Below, piece after piece: positions 1 through 9,596 of a stretch of 64,000 nt of DNA. Below the pieces are notes generated by a model, which saw only the letters and a list, made by a program, of their open reading frames with translations, had not been told where the DNA came from and searched no databases. This stretch comes from a virus. The translations under genes and the position numbers were made by a program. How positions within the stretch are numbered: the stretch's first letter is position 1; each line of letters begins with the position of its first letter. The stretch lies in the IMG/VR virus record IMGVR_UViG_3300014293_000001, positions 1 to 64,000 of that record. The stretch is one strand, 5' to 3'.

Positions 1-219
1 AAGGACTGGTTGGAGGCGTATCAAGGGTTGATAATCAATCGCCTCAAAACGTGCCCCGTCAAGGAAATGGAGCACCAACGGAACCTACTGGTCGCATCGG
101 AGGCTTTTAATGACTTCTTAACTGCTGTAATTGCTAATGGTGATATGGCAGAAGCTGACCTTAAAGCGATTTTGGAGGCTGAGGCTTTTAATAGCCAACA
201 AGGCTTTTATCCAGAATAA
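1..219 (+). CDS. C-terminal fragment of an upstream head-module gene (partial; possibly portal)
   Basis: Frame 1 is open from base 1 to TAA 217-219; the track ORF 10..219 is its tail. It lies between terL (which leaves the right edge) and the head genes. Confidence 0.5.
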   Translation, partial: KDWLEAYQGLIINRLKTCPVKEMEHQRNLLVASEAFNDFLTAVIANGDMAEADLKAILEAEAFNSQQGFYPE

Positions 220-345
220 ATACAATAACCACGATTGGGGGTGATAATTTGATGACTGAACTCGTATATGGCGTAGTATGATGGAGGTGGTCCAATTATC
301 TCCCTGTTCAGGGTTAAGAACATTTTTTAGAAAGGATATGTAAAA

Positions 346-1428
346 TTGGAAATTTCTTATAGTAACAAGAAGTTACCCTTTCAATATGACATTAATACAG
401 GAACTTTCACAGAAGTGCCTCAAATGAAACAAAATAGTGGCGAAAGTTCTACAAATAATGAATATAGTGAAAGGCAAAGCTTTACTCCAGAACAGCAAAC
501 ATTGCTAAATAAGAAGCCTAGTCTTAATGCAAAAGCACAACATCAAGTAATGCCAGCTGACCCTGCACCTAGTCAACCACAAACTGACTTTGTACCACAT
601 ATGGGTTATGCTCCAATTGCAGAACAATTAGCAAAAAAAGCTGGTATTCAGCCAGCTGCTCCTAACTATCAAGACTACATGAAGCAACGAGAACCGATTA
701 ATCAGGCGAAAGCTCAATATGAGGCAACTCAGGGCTTCGCTCCAAATGGTGCATTTAAACCATCTCAAGATTTCACATCTGTGAGTATGGCACCTAAATT
801 CCAAAGTGATGGTAGTAAGGAATTCGCAGCTAGCCATCAAGGATTATCTAATCCTAGTGCTATCTATGATATTTTGCAACAAGGTAAAGCTTTAGAGGAT
901 AAATTCCGTAACGCGGCTGAAGGGAACTATACCCCATTAACCATGGGACAGATTGCTCAGCAACGTATGGATGCTATTCCTCAAGATATGGCATGGGCAC
1001 GACAAAATCCATTCTCTAAGGAGATGGGTTATCAATGGGCGGACGACGGTAAACTCGGAGAGTTAGGTTGGGGAAAGGATGATATTGCATCAATGAAAGC
1101 AAGAACTGAATTCCATCCCCAAGAAATCGAAGAGTTGTATCGGCAAGGAGCCATTCGTGCACCATATCGTGAATATTTAGCAGAACAAGAACGTTTGCGT
1201 CAAGAAGCAGAAGCTGAAGCGGCTAGAGTAGCAGCAGCTAGAGCGGCATCTTATTCGTACAGCGAACCTGATAGTGGTTATTATGAAGCACCATCAGATA
1301 CTCCTAGTGAAGTAAGTGCACCAGCTCCAGCACCACAACCACGATTTAGTGGTGACTACACTATTCAAGCACCGCATCAATCTATTTGGGACGGTTCCGC
1401 CATCGGTCGTTTCTTCCATAATTTATAG
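346..1428 (+). CDS. hypothetical head-module protein
   Basis: TTG start with an AAAGGA SD about 9 nt upstream. 360 codons, Q/P/A-rich, with a C-terminal EAEAEAARVAAARAA helix. No motif recognised. Confidence 0.6.
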   Translation: MEISYSNKKLPFQYDINTGTFTEVPQMKQNSGESSTNNEYSERQSFTPEQQTLLNKKPSLNAKAQHQVMPADPAPSQPQTDFVPHMGYAPIAEQLAKKAGIQPAAPNYQDYMKQREPINQAKAQYEATQGFAPNGAFKPSQDFTSVSMAPKFQSDGSKEFAASHQGLSNPSAIYDILQQGKALEDKFRNAAEGNYTPLTMGQIAQQRMDAIPQDMAWARQNPFSKEMGYQWADDGKLGELGWGKDDIASMKARTEFHPQEIEELYRQGAIRAPYREYLAEQERLRQEAEAEAARVAAARAASYSYSEPDSGYYEAPSDTPSEVSAPAPAPQPRFSGDYTIQAPHQSIWDGSAIGRFFHNL

Positions 1429-1485
1429 ATGGCTTATAATTTGTATTAACATTCACCAACCCGTTAGGGAGTGAAAGGAGAAAAC

Positions 1486-2544
1486 ATGAAGGATTTTGAA
1501 TTTAATTTGCAAACATTTGCAGAAGGTGAAGTAGACGTACCTGCAACGGAAACTGAACCAACAGAAGTTACTGATGTAGCTGAAACAGGTGGCGACACTG
1601 CACCTGCTGATTTTGATTTTGGCATTGATGAAAACGGAGACGTATTCTTTAATGGCAATCGAATGCTTTCTTTTGATGGCGATGAAGAAATAGACCCTGC
1701 TCCAGAAACGCAGGAATCTGAAGAAGGACAACCTACAGAAACCGAACCAGAAAATAAAGCACCAGAACCACAAATGTATACAGTCAAAGTTGACGGTCAA
1801 GAAATGCAAGTCCCTCTTGAGGAATTACTAAACGGTTATCAACGACAAGCTGATTATTCTCGTAAAACACAAGCATTGGCTGATGAACGCCGTCAGTTAC
1901 AACAACAATACGCTCAATATCAACAACCTCAAACACAACCACAAGTACAAGAGCCGCAACAACCACAAGTTACACAAGCGGAATATTACAATAAATTAAC
2001 AGAGTTTGCTAAAGGTGAAGTTGAAAAACATTTAGGGACTGAGTTCGATGAACTTAATCCAGTTCATATTGCGGCATTAGCAGATAGCGTAGCTACTATT
2101 AAAGCACAAATTTATGAACAACAAGCTGTTCAAAAGAATTTCACTCACGTGGTAAACCAATTCCGTCAAGACCCTAACTTTGATGAAATTGACCGTTATG
2201 CACAATATAAGTTGCAAAACATGCCTTATCAACAAGCAGTAAAAATTCAAAATGCTTTAGATAACTATGATGCTGATACAGTAGCACAATTCATGACCGC
2301 AGCTCGTAATGAGTATTATGGTATGATGAACGCACAATACAATCAGCAACAAACACCGCAACAAACGGTACCAAATATTCCACAACCAACTAATAAACCA
2401 AAACCTCCTGTATTAGAAGGTGCTGGTAGTTCTGAACGACCTCCTATGTCTGCAACACAACAAGTTGACTTTAAATCTTTAGGTCGCATGACGAACGATG
2501 AGTTGGTTAAAGTATTCCAACAAACTGGCTTGACCAGATTATAA
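1486..2544 (+). CDS. scaffolding-like protein
   Basis: ATG 1486 follows a GAAAGGAG SD; the track start 1471 is an upstream GTG. N-terminal FEFNLQTFAEGE motif, acidic N-half and Q/P-rich middle. It directly precedes the capsid gene. Confidence 0.55.
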   Translation: MKDFEFNLQTFAEGEVDVPATETEPTEVTDVAETGGDTAPADFDFGIDENGDVFFNGNRMLSFDGDEEIDPAPETQESEEGQPTETEPENKAPEPQMYTVKVDGQEMQVPLEELLNGYQRQADYSRKTQALADERRQLQQQYAQYQQPQTQPQVQEPQQPQVTQAEYYNKLTEFAKGEVEKHLGTEFDELNPVHIAALADSVATIKAQIYEQQAVQKNFTHVVNQFRQDPNFDEIDRYAQYKLQNMPYQQAVKIQNALDNYDADTVAQFMTAARNEYYGMMNAQYNQQQTPQQTVPNIPQPTNKPKPPVLEGAGSSERPPMSATQQVDFKSLGRMTNDELVKVFQQTGLTRL

Positions 2545-2566
2545 TTTTTGAAAGAGGTATAACACA

Positions 2567-3733
2567 TTGGCAGATAAAGATACAGCTGTCCGTTCTTTTA
2601 CCGTTGTAGGTAAGAAAGAGGACATCACTGATTTCGTCACAGCAATTGACCCTGACCAAACACTTTTGACTAATAAGTTTGGTAAAACTTCTGTTAAATC
2701 TACAGAACATGCATGGTTAAATGACTCCTTGCGTCCAGCAATGGAAAATGCTTACCAAGAAGCAGTTGATTTCGACTCTCAAAAAGCAAATCCACGTAAA
2801 CGTGAATCCAACTATGTACAAAAATTCTTACATGGTTACTCCGTAACTGATACTACTCAAGCAATCGCTAAATATGGTGTGTCCGATGAATTGGGCTACC
2901 AAATGGTAAAAGCGACTAAAGAAATTGGTCGTGACCTTGAGTACGCTATCGTTCGCAACAAATCTAAAGTTATGGGTGATGATGCTATCGCTGGTAAAAT
3001 GGGTGGTATTCCTTACTTCTTGGCAAACTTCAAAGAAGTAACAGCAACTACGGCTGGCGTATTCACTTTGACTAACCATAAATTTGTAAACGGCGACGTT
3101 GTTATGTTCCGTGCAAAAACTGGTACTCTTGATACTAATTTGAAAGCTAACACTCAATACTTTGTAAAAGTAATTGATGCTAATACTTTCAATATCTGTG
3201 CTACAGAACAAGAAACAACTGCAACAGCTCCTGCTATTGTCAAACCAAACGCTGCTGTTAATGCAGGTTCTACAGAATTAACTTCTGGTAATGCAGTAGA
3301 TGCTGGTGCTATTACTGGTGCAAATGCTGGTAAGTTGACATTTGACCTTATCAATGACGCTATGCAAGCAGCTTGGTCCCGTGGTGGTTCCATCGACTTC
3401 GCAGTAATGTCTGGTAAAAACAAACGTGTATGCTCTGGTTTTACTCAAGGCACTACTAAAAACCGTGAACAAACTTCTAAAGAATTAGTAGAAGTTGTAG
3501 ATGTATTGGAAACAGACTTTGGTCGTATTGACTTGGTTTCCCACCGTATGTACACAGATGACGTAGTTGACTTAATCGAAGCACAATACTGGAAATTGGG
3601 TTACTTAATTCCATTCCACGTTGAAGATGGCTTGCGTAAAGGTACTTACAAATCTAAATACATCACTGGTGATGCTACTTTAGAATGTACAGCTCCTATT
3701 GCAAACGCTCGCATTTACAACATCAAAAAATAA
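2567..3733 (+). CDS. major capsid protein (candidate)
   Basis: 388 aa with a TTG start after GAAAGAGG. It follows the scaffold-like gene and is followed by the strongest terminator in the late region. Size and position fit an HK97-fold capsid protein; no search was done. Confidence 0.65.
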   Translation: MADKDTAVRSFTVVGKKEDITDFVTAIDPDQTLLTNKFGKTSVKSTEHAWLNDSLRPAMENAYQEAVDFDSQKANPRKRESNYVQKFLHGYSVTDTTQAIAKYGVSDELGYQMVKATKEIGRDLEYAIVRNKSKVMGDDAIAGKMGGIPYFLANFKEVTATTAGVFTLTNHKFVNGDVVMFRAKTGTLDTNLKANTQYFVKVIDANTFNICATEQETTATAPAIVKPNAAVNAGSTELTSGNAVDAGAITGANAGKLTFDLINDAMQAAWSRGGSIDFAVMSGKNKRVCSGFTQGTTKNREQTSKELVEVVDVLETDFGRIDLVSHRMYTDDVVDLIEAQYWKLGYLIPFHVEDGLRKGTYKSKYITGDATLECTAPIANARIYNIKK

Positions 3734-3743
3734 TACATAATAT

Positions 3744-3771
3744 GGGGAGGGCGACCTCCCCTATTTTTTTT
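3744..3771 (+). terminator. intrinsic terminator after capsid gene
   Basis: GGGGAGG-GCGA-CCTCCCC stem-loop (3744-3761) followed by TA and a T-run. Confidence 0.85.
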
Positions 3772-3781
3772 AGGAGGTACT

Positions 3782-4135
3782 ATGAAATTAGGAACACAAG
3801 TAGAGGTTGACCCTAAAACTGGTGAATGGAAAATCAAACAAACATATGATGAAGGTGTAGTACTCCGTGAATGTAAACGAATGCGTGACAGCATGGAGGA
3901 AGGTAGAATTCATGGTGGTAAAGCTAAAAAGATTGCTATGATACCACGCCATAGATTTGCTACAGATTTTGAATTGATGCAATATCAACAATGTCAAGGT
4001 AAAGATAATGTAGAGGCATCTAAATGGTTAAATATCTGGTTAGCTAAAAACCCAGAATTTAGAACTACTAATACTATTTACTCTGAAAATACAGGTAAAA
4101 TTATTAAATCTACAGCCAAATACGGGGGTATTTAA
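3782..4135 (+). CDS. hypothetical virion-module protein
   Basis: ATG shortly after a TAGGAGG SD; 117 aa. Confidence 0.7.
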   Translation: MKLGTQVEVDPKTGEWKIKQTYDEGVVLRECKRMRDSMEEGRIHGGKAKKIAMIPRHRFATDFELMQYQQCQGKDNVEASKWLNIWLAKNPEFRTTNTIYSENTGKIIKSTAKYGGI

Positions 4136-4659
4136 TGATTAGAGTACAATCCGTCATTGAGAGTATTTTATATAACTTAGACGAAGCGTACAATAGACAA
4201 CATTCTAATAATGAACTTATTGATGCTATTAATAGCGTATTGAGGTATGTAAATTTATCTCTTATCAATGTAGAAAGCTCTTATATTGCCAATAAGGTGA
4301 ATATTAAACCAAATAATGGTGTAGCTAAATTACCTAGTGATTTTGGTAAGTTTGATAGTATTGAAGAAGATACTAATAAAACTTATGAGATTATGGGTAA
4401 TAAAATCTATCTTGAAAATCCTACAACATTAAAATACTATCGTATTATTAATGAAGTAGAAGATGTAACAGATGAGATTGATTTACCAGCTGTATTGTTT
4501 GATATGTTTGTACGTTTCTCTACAATGTTATTAAGAAAAGAACCTGATAAAACAGGTGGTTCTGATGGCATGGCTAAACTAATTGCTGATGAAATCAAAA
4601 AGATGACAGCGAGTGATAGTAGCAGACCTATTGAACGACCTATGCAGTTCTATGTATAA
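4135..4659 (+). CDS. neck/adaptor-region paralog 1 of 3 (function inferred from position only)
   Basis: ATGA overlap with the upstream stop. Shares an N-terminal ..D/N.ELI..hN.hh motif and a C-terminal YY....D[ED][IL].LP motif with the 4669 and 5145 genes. Confidence 0.7.
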   Translation: MIRVQSVIESILYNLDEAYNRQHSNNELIDAINSVLRYVNLSLINVESSYIANKVNIKPNNGVAKLPSDFGKFDSIEEDTNKTYEIMGNKIYLENPTTLKYYRIINEVEDVTDEIDLPAVLFDMFVRFSTMLLRKEPDKTGGSDGMAKLIADEIKKMTASDSSRPIERPMQFYV

Positions 4660-4668
4660 GGAGCCGTA

Positions 4669-5136
4669 ATGAAGGTAAAAGAAATGTTGATTTTAGCAAG
4701 ACAACGCCTTGGCGATATGCAGAAAACATCATACTCTGATATTGAGTTGATTTACTGCTTAAATAACGCTATCGACCGCTTGTCTTATGAATTATACAAT
4801 CAAAACGACCCAGAACTTACAAAGAAAATGACATTGAATGGTACACAGGAAACTAAACGTCCTGATGATTTCATTGCATTTCAAGGTCAATTCCCTGTTG
4901 AATTTGAATACCGTACTGACGGTCCTATTATGAAACATCTTGACCCAGAGTTTGATGGGGAACTTGAAATTGTTTATTACGTAGCTATGCCCCACGTTAA
5001 AAGCTTGGAAGATGAAATTCCATTCAAGCGTGTCATGTTTAATAAACAATTATTACAATTCTTGTTATATGAAGCTAAACCTTCTCTTGAAAAGGAAGGA
5101 CAAAATAGCAATACTACACCAGCTGACCAAGGCTAG
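4669..5136 (+). CDS. neck/adaptor-region paralog 2 of 3
   Basis: AAGGAG SD. Carries SYSDIELIYCLNNAIDRL and VYYVAMPHVKSLEDEIPF motifs shared with its neighbours. Confidence 0.7.
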   Translation: MKVKEMLILARQRLGDMQKTSYSDIELIYCLNNAIDRLSYELYNQNDPELTKKMTLNGTQETKRPDDFIAFQGQFPVEFEYRTDGPIMKHLDPEFDGELEIVYYVAMPHVKSLEDEIPFKRVMFNKQLLQFLLYEAKPSLEKEGQNSNTTPADQG

Positions 5137-5144
5137 GAGGTAAT

Positions 5145-5609
5145 ATGACAGTAAAAGAATTAATGACTAAAGCGGCACTAAGAAACCGCTTATCTGATAG
5201 TATTGAAAGCGGGTACGATGATGATGAATTGATTGCATACTTTAATGATGCGATTGATTTTGTATGGCATGTACTTATCGACAATAATTATTATGAGGTT
5301 ATCGGCGATATTACTTTTACACAAAAGGAAACACCAACACCGTCAGATTGGTACAAAGCAACCAACCAAGCACCATTACTTTTAAAGAACAAAGGTAAAA
5401 CAATTGAATGTTATGGTGAATTGCCTTATACAGTTCGATACTATCGCAGACCTCAATTTGTATCTACAGTTAATGATGAATTACCGTGGACAAACGAAGC
5501 ATTCTCTAATATTCTTGCTCAATTGACTATCGTATTCGCAATGAGTAATCATGAATTCGATATGACAGTAGAACAAGACTTTGTGGAGGCTATTATTAAT
5601 TATTTATAG
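5145..5609 (+). CDS. neck/adaptor-region paralog 3 of 3
   Basis: TAGGAGG SD. Carries GYDDDELIAYFNDAIDFV and VRYYRRPQFVSTVNDELPW motifs shared with its neighbours. Confidence 0.7.
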   Translation: MTVKELMTKAALRNRLSDSIESGYDDDELIAYFNDAIDFVWHVLIDNNYYEVIGDITFTQKETPTPSDWYKATNQAPLLLKNKGKTIECYGELPYTVRYYRRPQFVSTVNDELPWTNEAFSNILAQLTIVFAMSNHEFDMTVEQDFVEAIINYL

Positions 5610-5617
5610 GAGGATAA

Positions 5618-7198
5618 ATGGATAAACAAAATAACCTGCCATCTACCATAAATGGTGATGGTCGTAAATTTATCTCCTTGCTTAAAGGGTATCTAAATGA
5701 TATTAAGGTTGCTTTAGAGGACCAAATTAGCGAAGTTACTAAAGTATGGAATGGTATAGCTGATAATCCAGACACCATTACAGAACAAATACAGAATATT
5801 ACCATTGATGAAAAGAGTATTAATGGTAATGTATCATTAATGTTACGTTGGGATTCAGTACCAATTAAACAATATGCTGGTGTCAGTATTGATGTTAAAG
5901 TCGGTGACTTTCATGATACTCCTGATATGTTTGCCAATAAAGAAGTATTCCAACATTATGACACTGGCAAAACTAACACCTTTACATTGCCAAATGCAGA
6001 AATTGGCAAAAAATATGAATTCGTCATTCGTGGTAGGGATATTCGTAATGCTTTGTCAGAAAAAGTCCATGCACCTGTAACATATTACTATGTTTCTGAA
6101 GAGACCCATATCCCTAAATCACCATACGAATTTACAGTAATTTTTGATAAACGTGGTGCTTATTGGTCATGGAAACAGCATCCACAAAATGACTACCAAT
6201 GGACAGAATTACGTTTAGATGCAAATGTAGGAGAAGAGCACAATCGGTTAGACTTAACTACTGGTTGGAATTCCACCTCTTTACCATATGCACGTGTCGG
6301 TACAGCCTACTTGTATAATAAAGGTGTTGGGAATTCTTATTCTGCTCCAACTACTTTAAATTATTCTAAATCTGTTCCTGCCGCTCCAACTCACATTAAT
6401 ATTACACCTGTATTTGAAGGTCTATATATCACATTTGCAAGCATTCCAGAAGATTGTATAGGAGCTAAAATTTATATTAATAATGAAGAACATTTTGTGG
6501 CTGATAACAAATTTAGTTTTAATTGTTCTACTGGTAACTACACTATCAAGATTTGCTACACTGATGTTTTTGGTAATGGCGAGTTATCTAGTCCAGTAAC
6601 AACAAGTACAGTGGAAGAAATTCCACCAGATGCTGTACACATTACAGACAGAACAGTATTTGATAACGGCATCATTGTCGCAAAATATATTGGTGATAAA
6701 GCAGTTGTTGGTACAAAGATTGCAGATGGTGCTATTACTACTGATAAGTTAGTAGCAAATGCTATTACAGGTGATAAAATTGCAGCTAATGCTATTACTT
6801 CAGATAAAATTAAAACTGGAGAAATTACAGCAGAGAAGATAGCTACTAATACTATAACAGGTGATAAACTTAAAGCCAATACAATTACAGGCGATAAAAT
6901 TATTACAGGTAGCATTTCTGGCGATAAAATTGCAGCGAACAGTATTAGCGGTGATAAAATTCAAGCTGGTTCTATTGATACAAATAAACTTGCAGCTGGT
7001 GCAGTCAATGCAGATAAAATTCAAGCAGGTTCAATTTCTGGTGACAAATTAAATGTCAATAGTTTGTCTAGTATTAGTGCTAAGATTGGCACGTTGAGAA
7101 CAGCTACTACTGGTGCTAGAACAGAAATTAGAGACAACTTAATTGAGGTGTATGATGAAAATAACAGATTACGTGTTAGAGTGGGGGTGTGGAATTGA
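5618..7198 (+). CDS. tail fibre/spike protein with decapeptide repeats
   Basis: TAGGAGG SD; 526 aa. The C-terminal third consists of 11 tandem 10-aa repeats of the form A-N-A-I-T-G-D-K-I-x. Confidence 0.7.
   Translation: MDKQNNLPSTINGDGRKFISLLKGYLNDIKVALEDQISEVTKVWNGIADNPDTITEQIQNITIDEKSINGNVSLMLRWDSVPIKQYAGVSIDVKVGDFHDTPDMFANKEVFQHYDTGKTNTFTLPNAEIGKKYEFVIRGRDIRNALSEKVHAPVTYYYVSEETHIPKSPYEFTVIFDKRGAYWSWKQHPQNDYQWTELRLDANVGEEHNRLDLTTGWNSTSLPYARVGTAYLYNKGVGNSYSAPTTLNYSKSVPAAPTHINITPVFEGLYITFASIPEDCIGAKIYINNEEHFVADNKFSFNCSTGNYTIKICYTDVFGNGELSSPVTTSTVEEIPPDAVHITDRTVFDNGIIVAKYIGDKAVVGTKIADGAITTDKLVANAITGDKIAANAITSDKIKTGEITAEKIATNTITGDKLKANTITGDKIITGSISGDKIAANSISGDKIQAGSIDTNKLAAGAVNADKIQAGSISGDKLNVNSLSSISAKIGTLRTATTGARTEIRDNLIEVYDENNRLRVRVGVWN
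6722..7054 (+). repeat. 11 tandem 30-nt (decapeptide) coding repeats inside the fibre gene
   Basis: Translation reads ADGAITTDKLV, ANAITGDKIA, ANAITSDKIK, TGEITAEKIA, TNTITGDKLK, ANTITGDKII, TGSISGDKIA, ANSISGDKIQ, AGSIDTNKLA, AGAVNADKIQ, AGSISGDKLN. Confidence 0.9.
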
Positions 7199-7575
7199 GT
7201 TGGTTTAAAAAAATTAAAGAGAAGGTAAAATCTTTCTTTAAAAAGGAGGACAAAGTGCCAGCTGGTATTGAGATTTATAATGAACAAAATAAATTAATTT
7301 TAGGAACTAATTATCGTGGTTTACGATTATTAAAAATGTTAAAACTGCAAGATTTGAAAGGTTCTACATCAGTTACGCCTAAAAATGGCGAAGAAATTCT
7401 TGCATTTGCTGTATTACATTGCTCTGACACAGTATGGCATTATAGTGATATTAAATATTGTAATGTCAATGGGCATACCATCTCGTGGGAATTTTCCGAG
7501 GGAAATGCATCATCTGCATTTGGTTCCAGTGAAAATGGACGTATTAATGTTTATATATTTGGGAGGGCAAAATAA
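7189..7575 (+). CDS. hypothetical tail-module protein
   Basis: 128 aa overlapping the upstream stop. The start is uncertain: GTG 7189 or TTG 7195 after GTGGGGG. Confidence 0.55.
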   Translation: MELSWFKKIKEKVKSFFKKEDKVPAGIEIYNEQNKLILGTNYRGLRLLKMLKLQDLKGSTSVTPKNGEEILAFAVLHCSDTVWHYSDIKYCNVNGHTISWEFSEGNASSAFGSSENGRINVYIFGRAK

Positions 7576-8399
7576 TGTCAGAATATATTTCGGTAACTAA
7601 TAATGGCACAAAAGTCATTGACGACAACACAGTGCATTTAAGGTTCACAAAAGAGCAAACATTTAACGACTCCTTAACACATGATGACTATTTAGATAGC
7701 ACATATGATGGCTTATGGTTTACGACTGATGCCGACCAAAAACTTGTTGCAGTCAAAGGAGTTGGTTTAGCATTCCACGCAACTAATTACTTTCGCAAAA
7801 AAGGTTCTACTAAATTAATAGCCGATTATGATGGTGCACTAACATGGATAAGTGGCATGAACACTGGCTCATTGCAAGGTTTCGATGCTCACGGATTACA
7901 TTATCGTCCTTCTTCTCGTAGAGATAATCCAACAATTACTGGTGATGCCAGTTTCCTCGGCAAAAATATCAATAAAAATCAAACAAAAATTTATACCGTA
8001 GAGCAGGGCGTTGGGGATACAAACTCCAAAAGCGGTATGCAAATTTTTAATGATAAAGGTGAAGTAATTTTTGATAGTAAAAATAAATATACTGATATTA
8101 TTGATATAATCCACTTTAAAAATTTTGAAACAGACTTCAACAAAGAGTATAAATACGATGTGCCAATCGCTATTGTTCCGTTGGACATGAGTGTATACAA
8201 CTCTTTACATTATGGTCGTGGTGCTGATAATAACAGTTATGTTGAGTTAGTTGCTTGTTATATGAATACTGAGAAGTCTTTTAAATTGGTAAAAATGAAA
8301 AAGACTGGTGCTAGTGGAACAACACGCTCATTTTCTAAAGACAGTTTCGTTACAAATCAAACTTTGTTATTAGTGTTAGATGCTACATCTATTAGCTAG
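7575..8399 (+). CDS. hypothetical tail-module protein
   Basis: ATG overlaps the upstream stop (TAATG); 274 aa. Confidence 0.7.
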   Translation: MSEYISVTNNGTKVIDDNTVHLRFTKEQTFNDSLTHDDYLDSTYDGLWFTTDADQKLVAVKGVGLAFHATNYFRKKGSTKLIADYDGALTWISGMNTGSLQGFDAHGLHYRPSSRRDNPTITGDASFLGKNINKNQTKIYTVEQGVGDTNSKSGMQIFNDKGEVIFDSKNKYTDIIDIIHFKNFETDFNKEYKYDVPIAIVPLDMSVYNSLHYGRGADNNSYVELVACYMNTEKSFKLVKMKKTGASGTTRSFSKDSFVTNQTLLLVLDATSIS

Positions 8400-8407
8400 G
8401 AGGTTTA

Positions 8408-8953
8408 ATGATTGAAATAATGCTGCCACCACCAAGGGATAGCATTCTTTTCTATTTATATCATAGCACACCAGATAATGCTGTATATGATATTATTTTC
8501 TGTATTTTAGCCGTAACAATTCTATTGTTAATAGATATTCTATTACGGTTTGTTATTGAACTTGTTGAATATAATAAAGCAGTTGGTAAAGAATGCACTA
8601 CATGGAATATGTTTAAAGCATTATTCCTTGGTTGGGGAACTGTTACTCTCTCAAATGGGAAAACAAAAAGATTTTTAGTTAGTAAGGCATTTCGTAAATC
8701 TTTATTTTCTAAAGTATCGTTTGAATATCCTATTTTCTTCACTCTCGCAGCTACAGCATGGTCATTACCTGATGTTCCTGTTATGGGGTTCAGAATAGAC
8801 GCATTACTATCAATGCTATTTATGTTAGCACCGATGTTGTGTGAAATTGTATCTATTATTGAAAAATTAAATGAACTAGACGCAGAAGCCTTTAAATGGT
8901 TTAAAGAGTTGCGTAAATTTATCAAGGAAACCAAAGAGGTGATAAAATCTTGA
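8408..8953 (+). CDS. multi-pass membrane protein, holin-like
   Basis: TAGGAGG SD; 181 aa with several hydrophobic segments. The C-terminal CEIVSIIEKLNELD resembles the SIhEN box of one holin family; this is a motif-level match only. Confidence 0.45.
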   Translation: MIEIMLPPPRDSILFYLYHSTPDNAVYDIIFCILAVTILLLIDILLRFVIELVEYNKAVGKECTTWNMFKALFLGWGTVTLSNGKTKRFLVSKAFRKSLFSKVSFEYPIFFTLAATAWSLPDVPVMGFRIDALLSMLFMLAPMLCEIVSIIEKLNELDAEAFKWFKELRKFIKETKEVIKS

Positions 8954-9207
8954 AGCGTATTCTTGAAATGTTAATGTATGAGAATGGGGGTTTATCCCTC
9001 ACTCGTACAATTTCTGTCTTGTTTGTATTGCTATTTATTGGTGTTACAATTTACTTAGTATTCTTTGACGCTAGATGGGACCATTACGAAACACTTGCTA
9101 CTATGGCGGCAGGTGGTGGTCCTATGACACAAGTTGCTAATAAATTAATCAACTCTAAATACAATACAGCACAAGGAACTTATGAAGAAAGAAAAGGAGC
9201 TGAATAA
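8950..9207 (+). CDS. small single-pass membrane protein
   Basis: TTG start overlapping the upstream stop; 85 aa. One TM segment (ISVLFVLLFIGVTIYLVFF). Confidence 0.5.
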   Translation: MKRILEMLMYENGGLSLTRTISVLFVLLFIGVTIYLVFFDARWDHYETLATMAAGGGPMTQVANKLINSKYNTAQGTYEERKGAE

Positions 9208-9587
9208 TGGCAAAGTTTAAATCTACTGTACCAGTATATGACATTACTGTTAATCAGGGCGACGACTATGCTTTACAAATGATTATCAGTGATAGCAAGA
9301 ATACACCAATTGATATTACTGGGTATAAATTTGCTTGTAAGGTTAGAGAAACAGCAGAGAGTCAAGAAGTCATTGCAGAAGCAGAATGTGTCATTAGTGA
9401 TGCCACAAAAGGTGTATTAAATATTAACTTTTCTTCAGATGTAACTGGTAACATTGATACTGATGGTGAGTATTACGGTGAAACTAATTCTTACTATTAT
9501 GATGTTCAGCAAACTAATGTACATGGACGAAAAGAACGTATTGTACAAGGTAAATTTATTGTCAGTCCCGGAATTTCTTTCCACTAG
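9207..9587 (+). CDS. small beta-rich virion protein
   Basis: AAAGGAG SD and a TAATG overlap; 126 aa. The alternating pattern suggests an Ig-like fold; this is a guess. Confidence 0.6.
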   Translation: MAKFKSTVPVYDITVNQGDDYALQMIISDSKNTPIDITGYKFACKVRETAESQEVIAEAECVISDATKGVLNINFSSDVTGNIDTDGEYYGETNSYYYDVQQTNVHGRKERIVQGKFIVSPGISFH

Positions 9588-9596
9588 GAGGTATAT

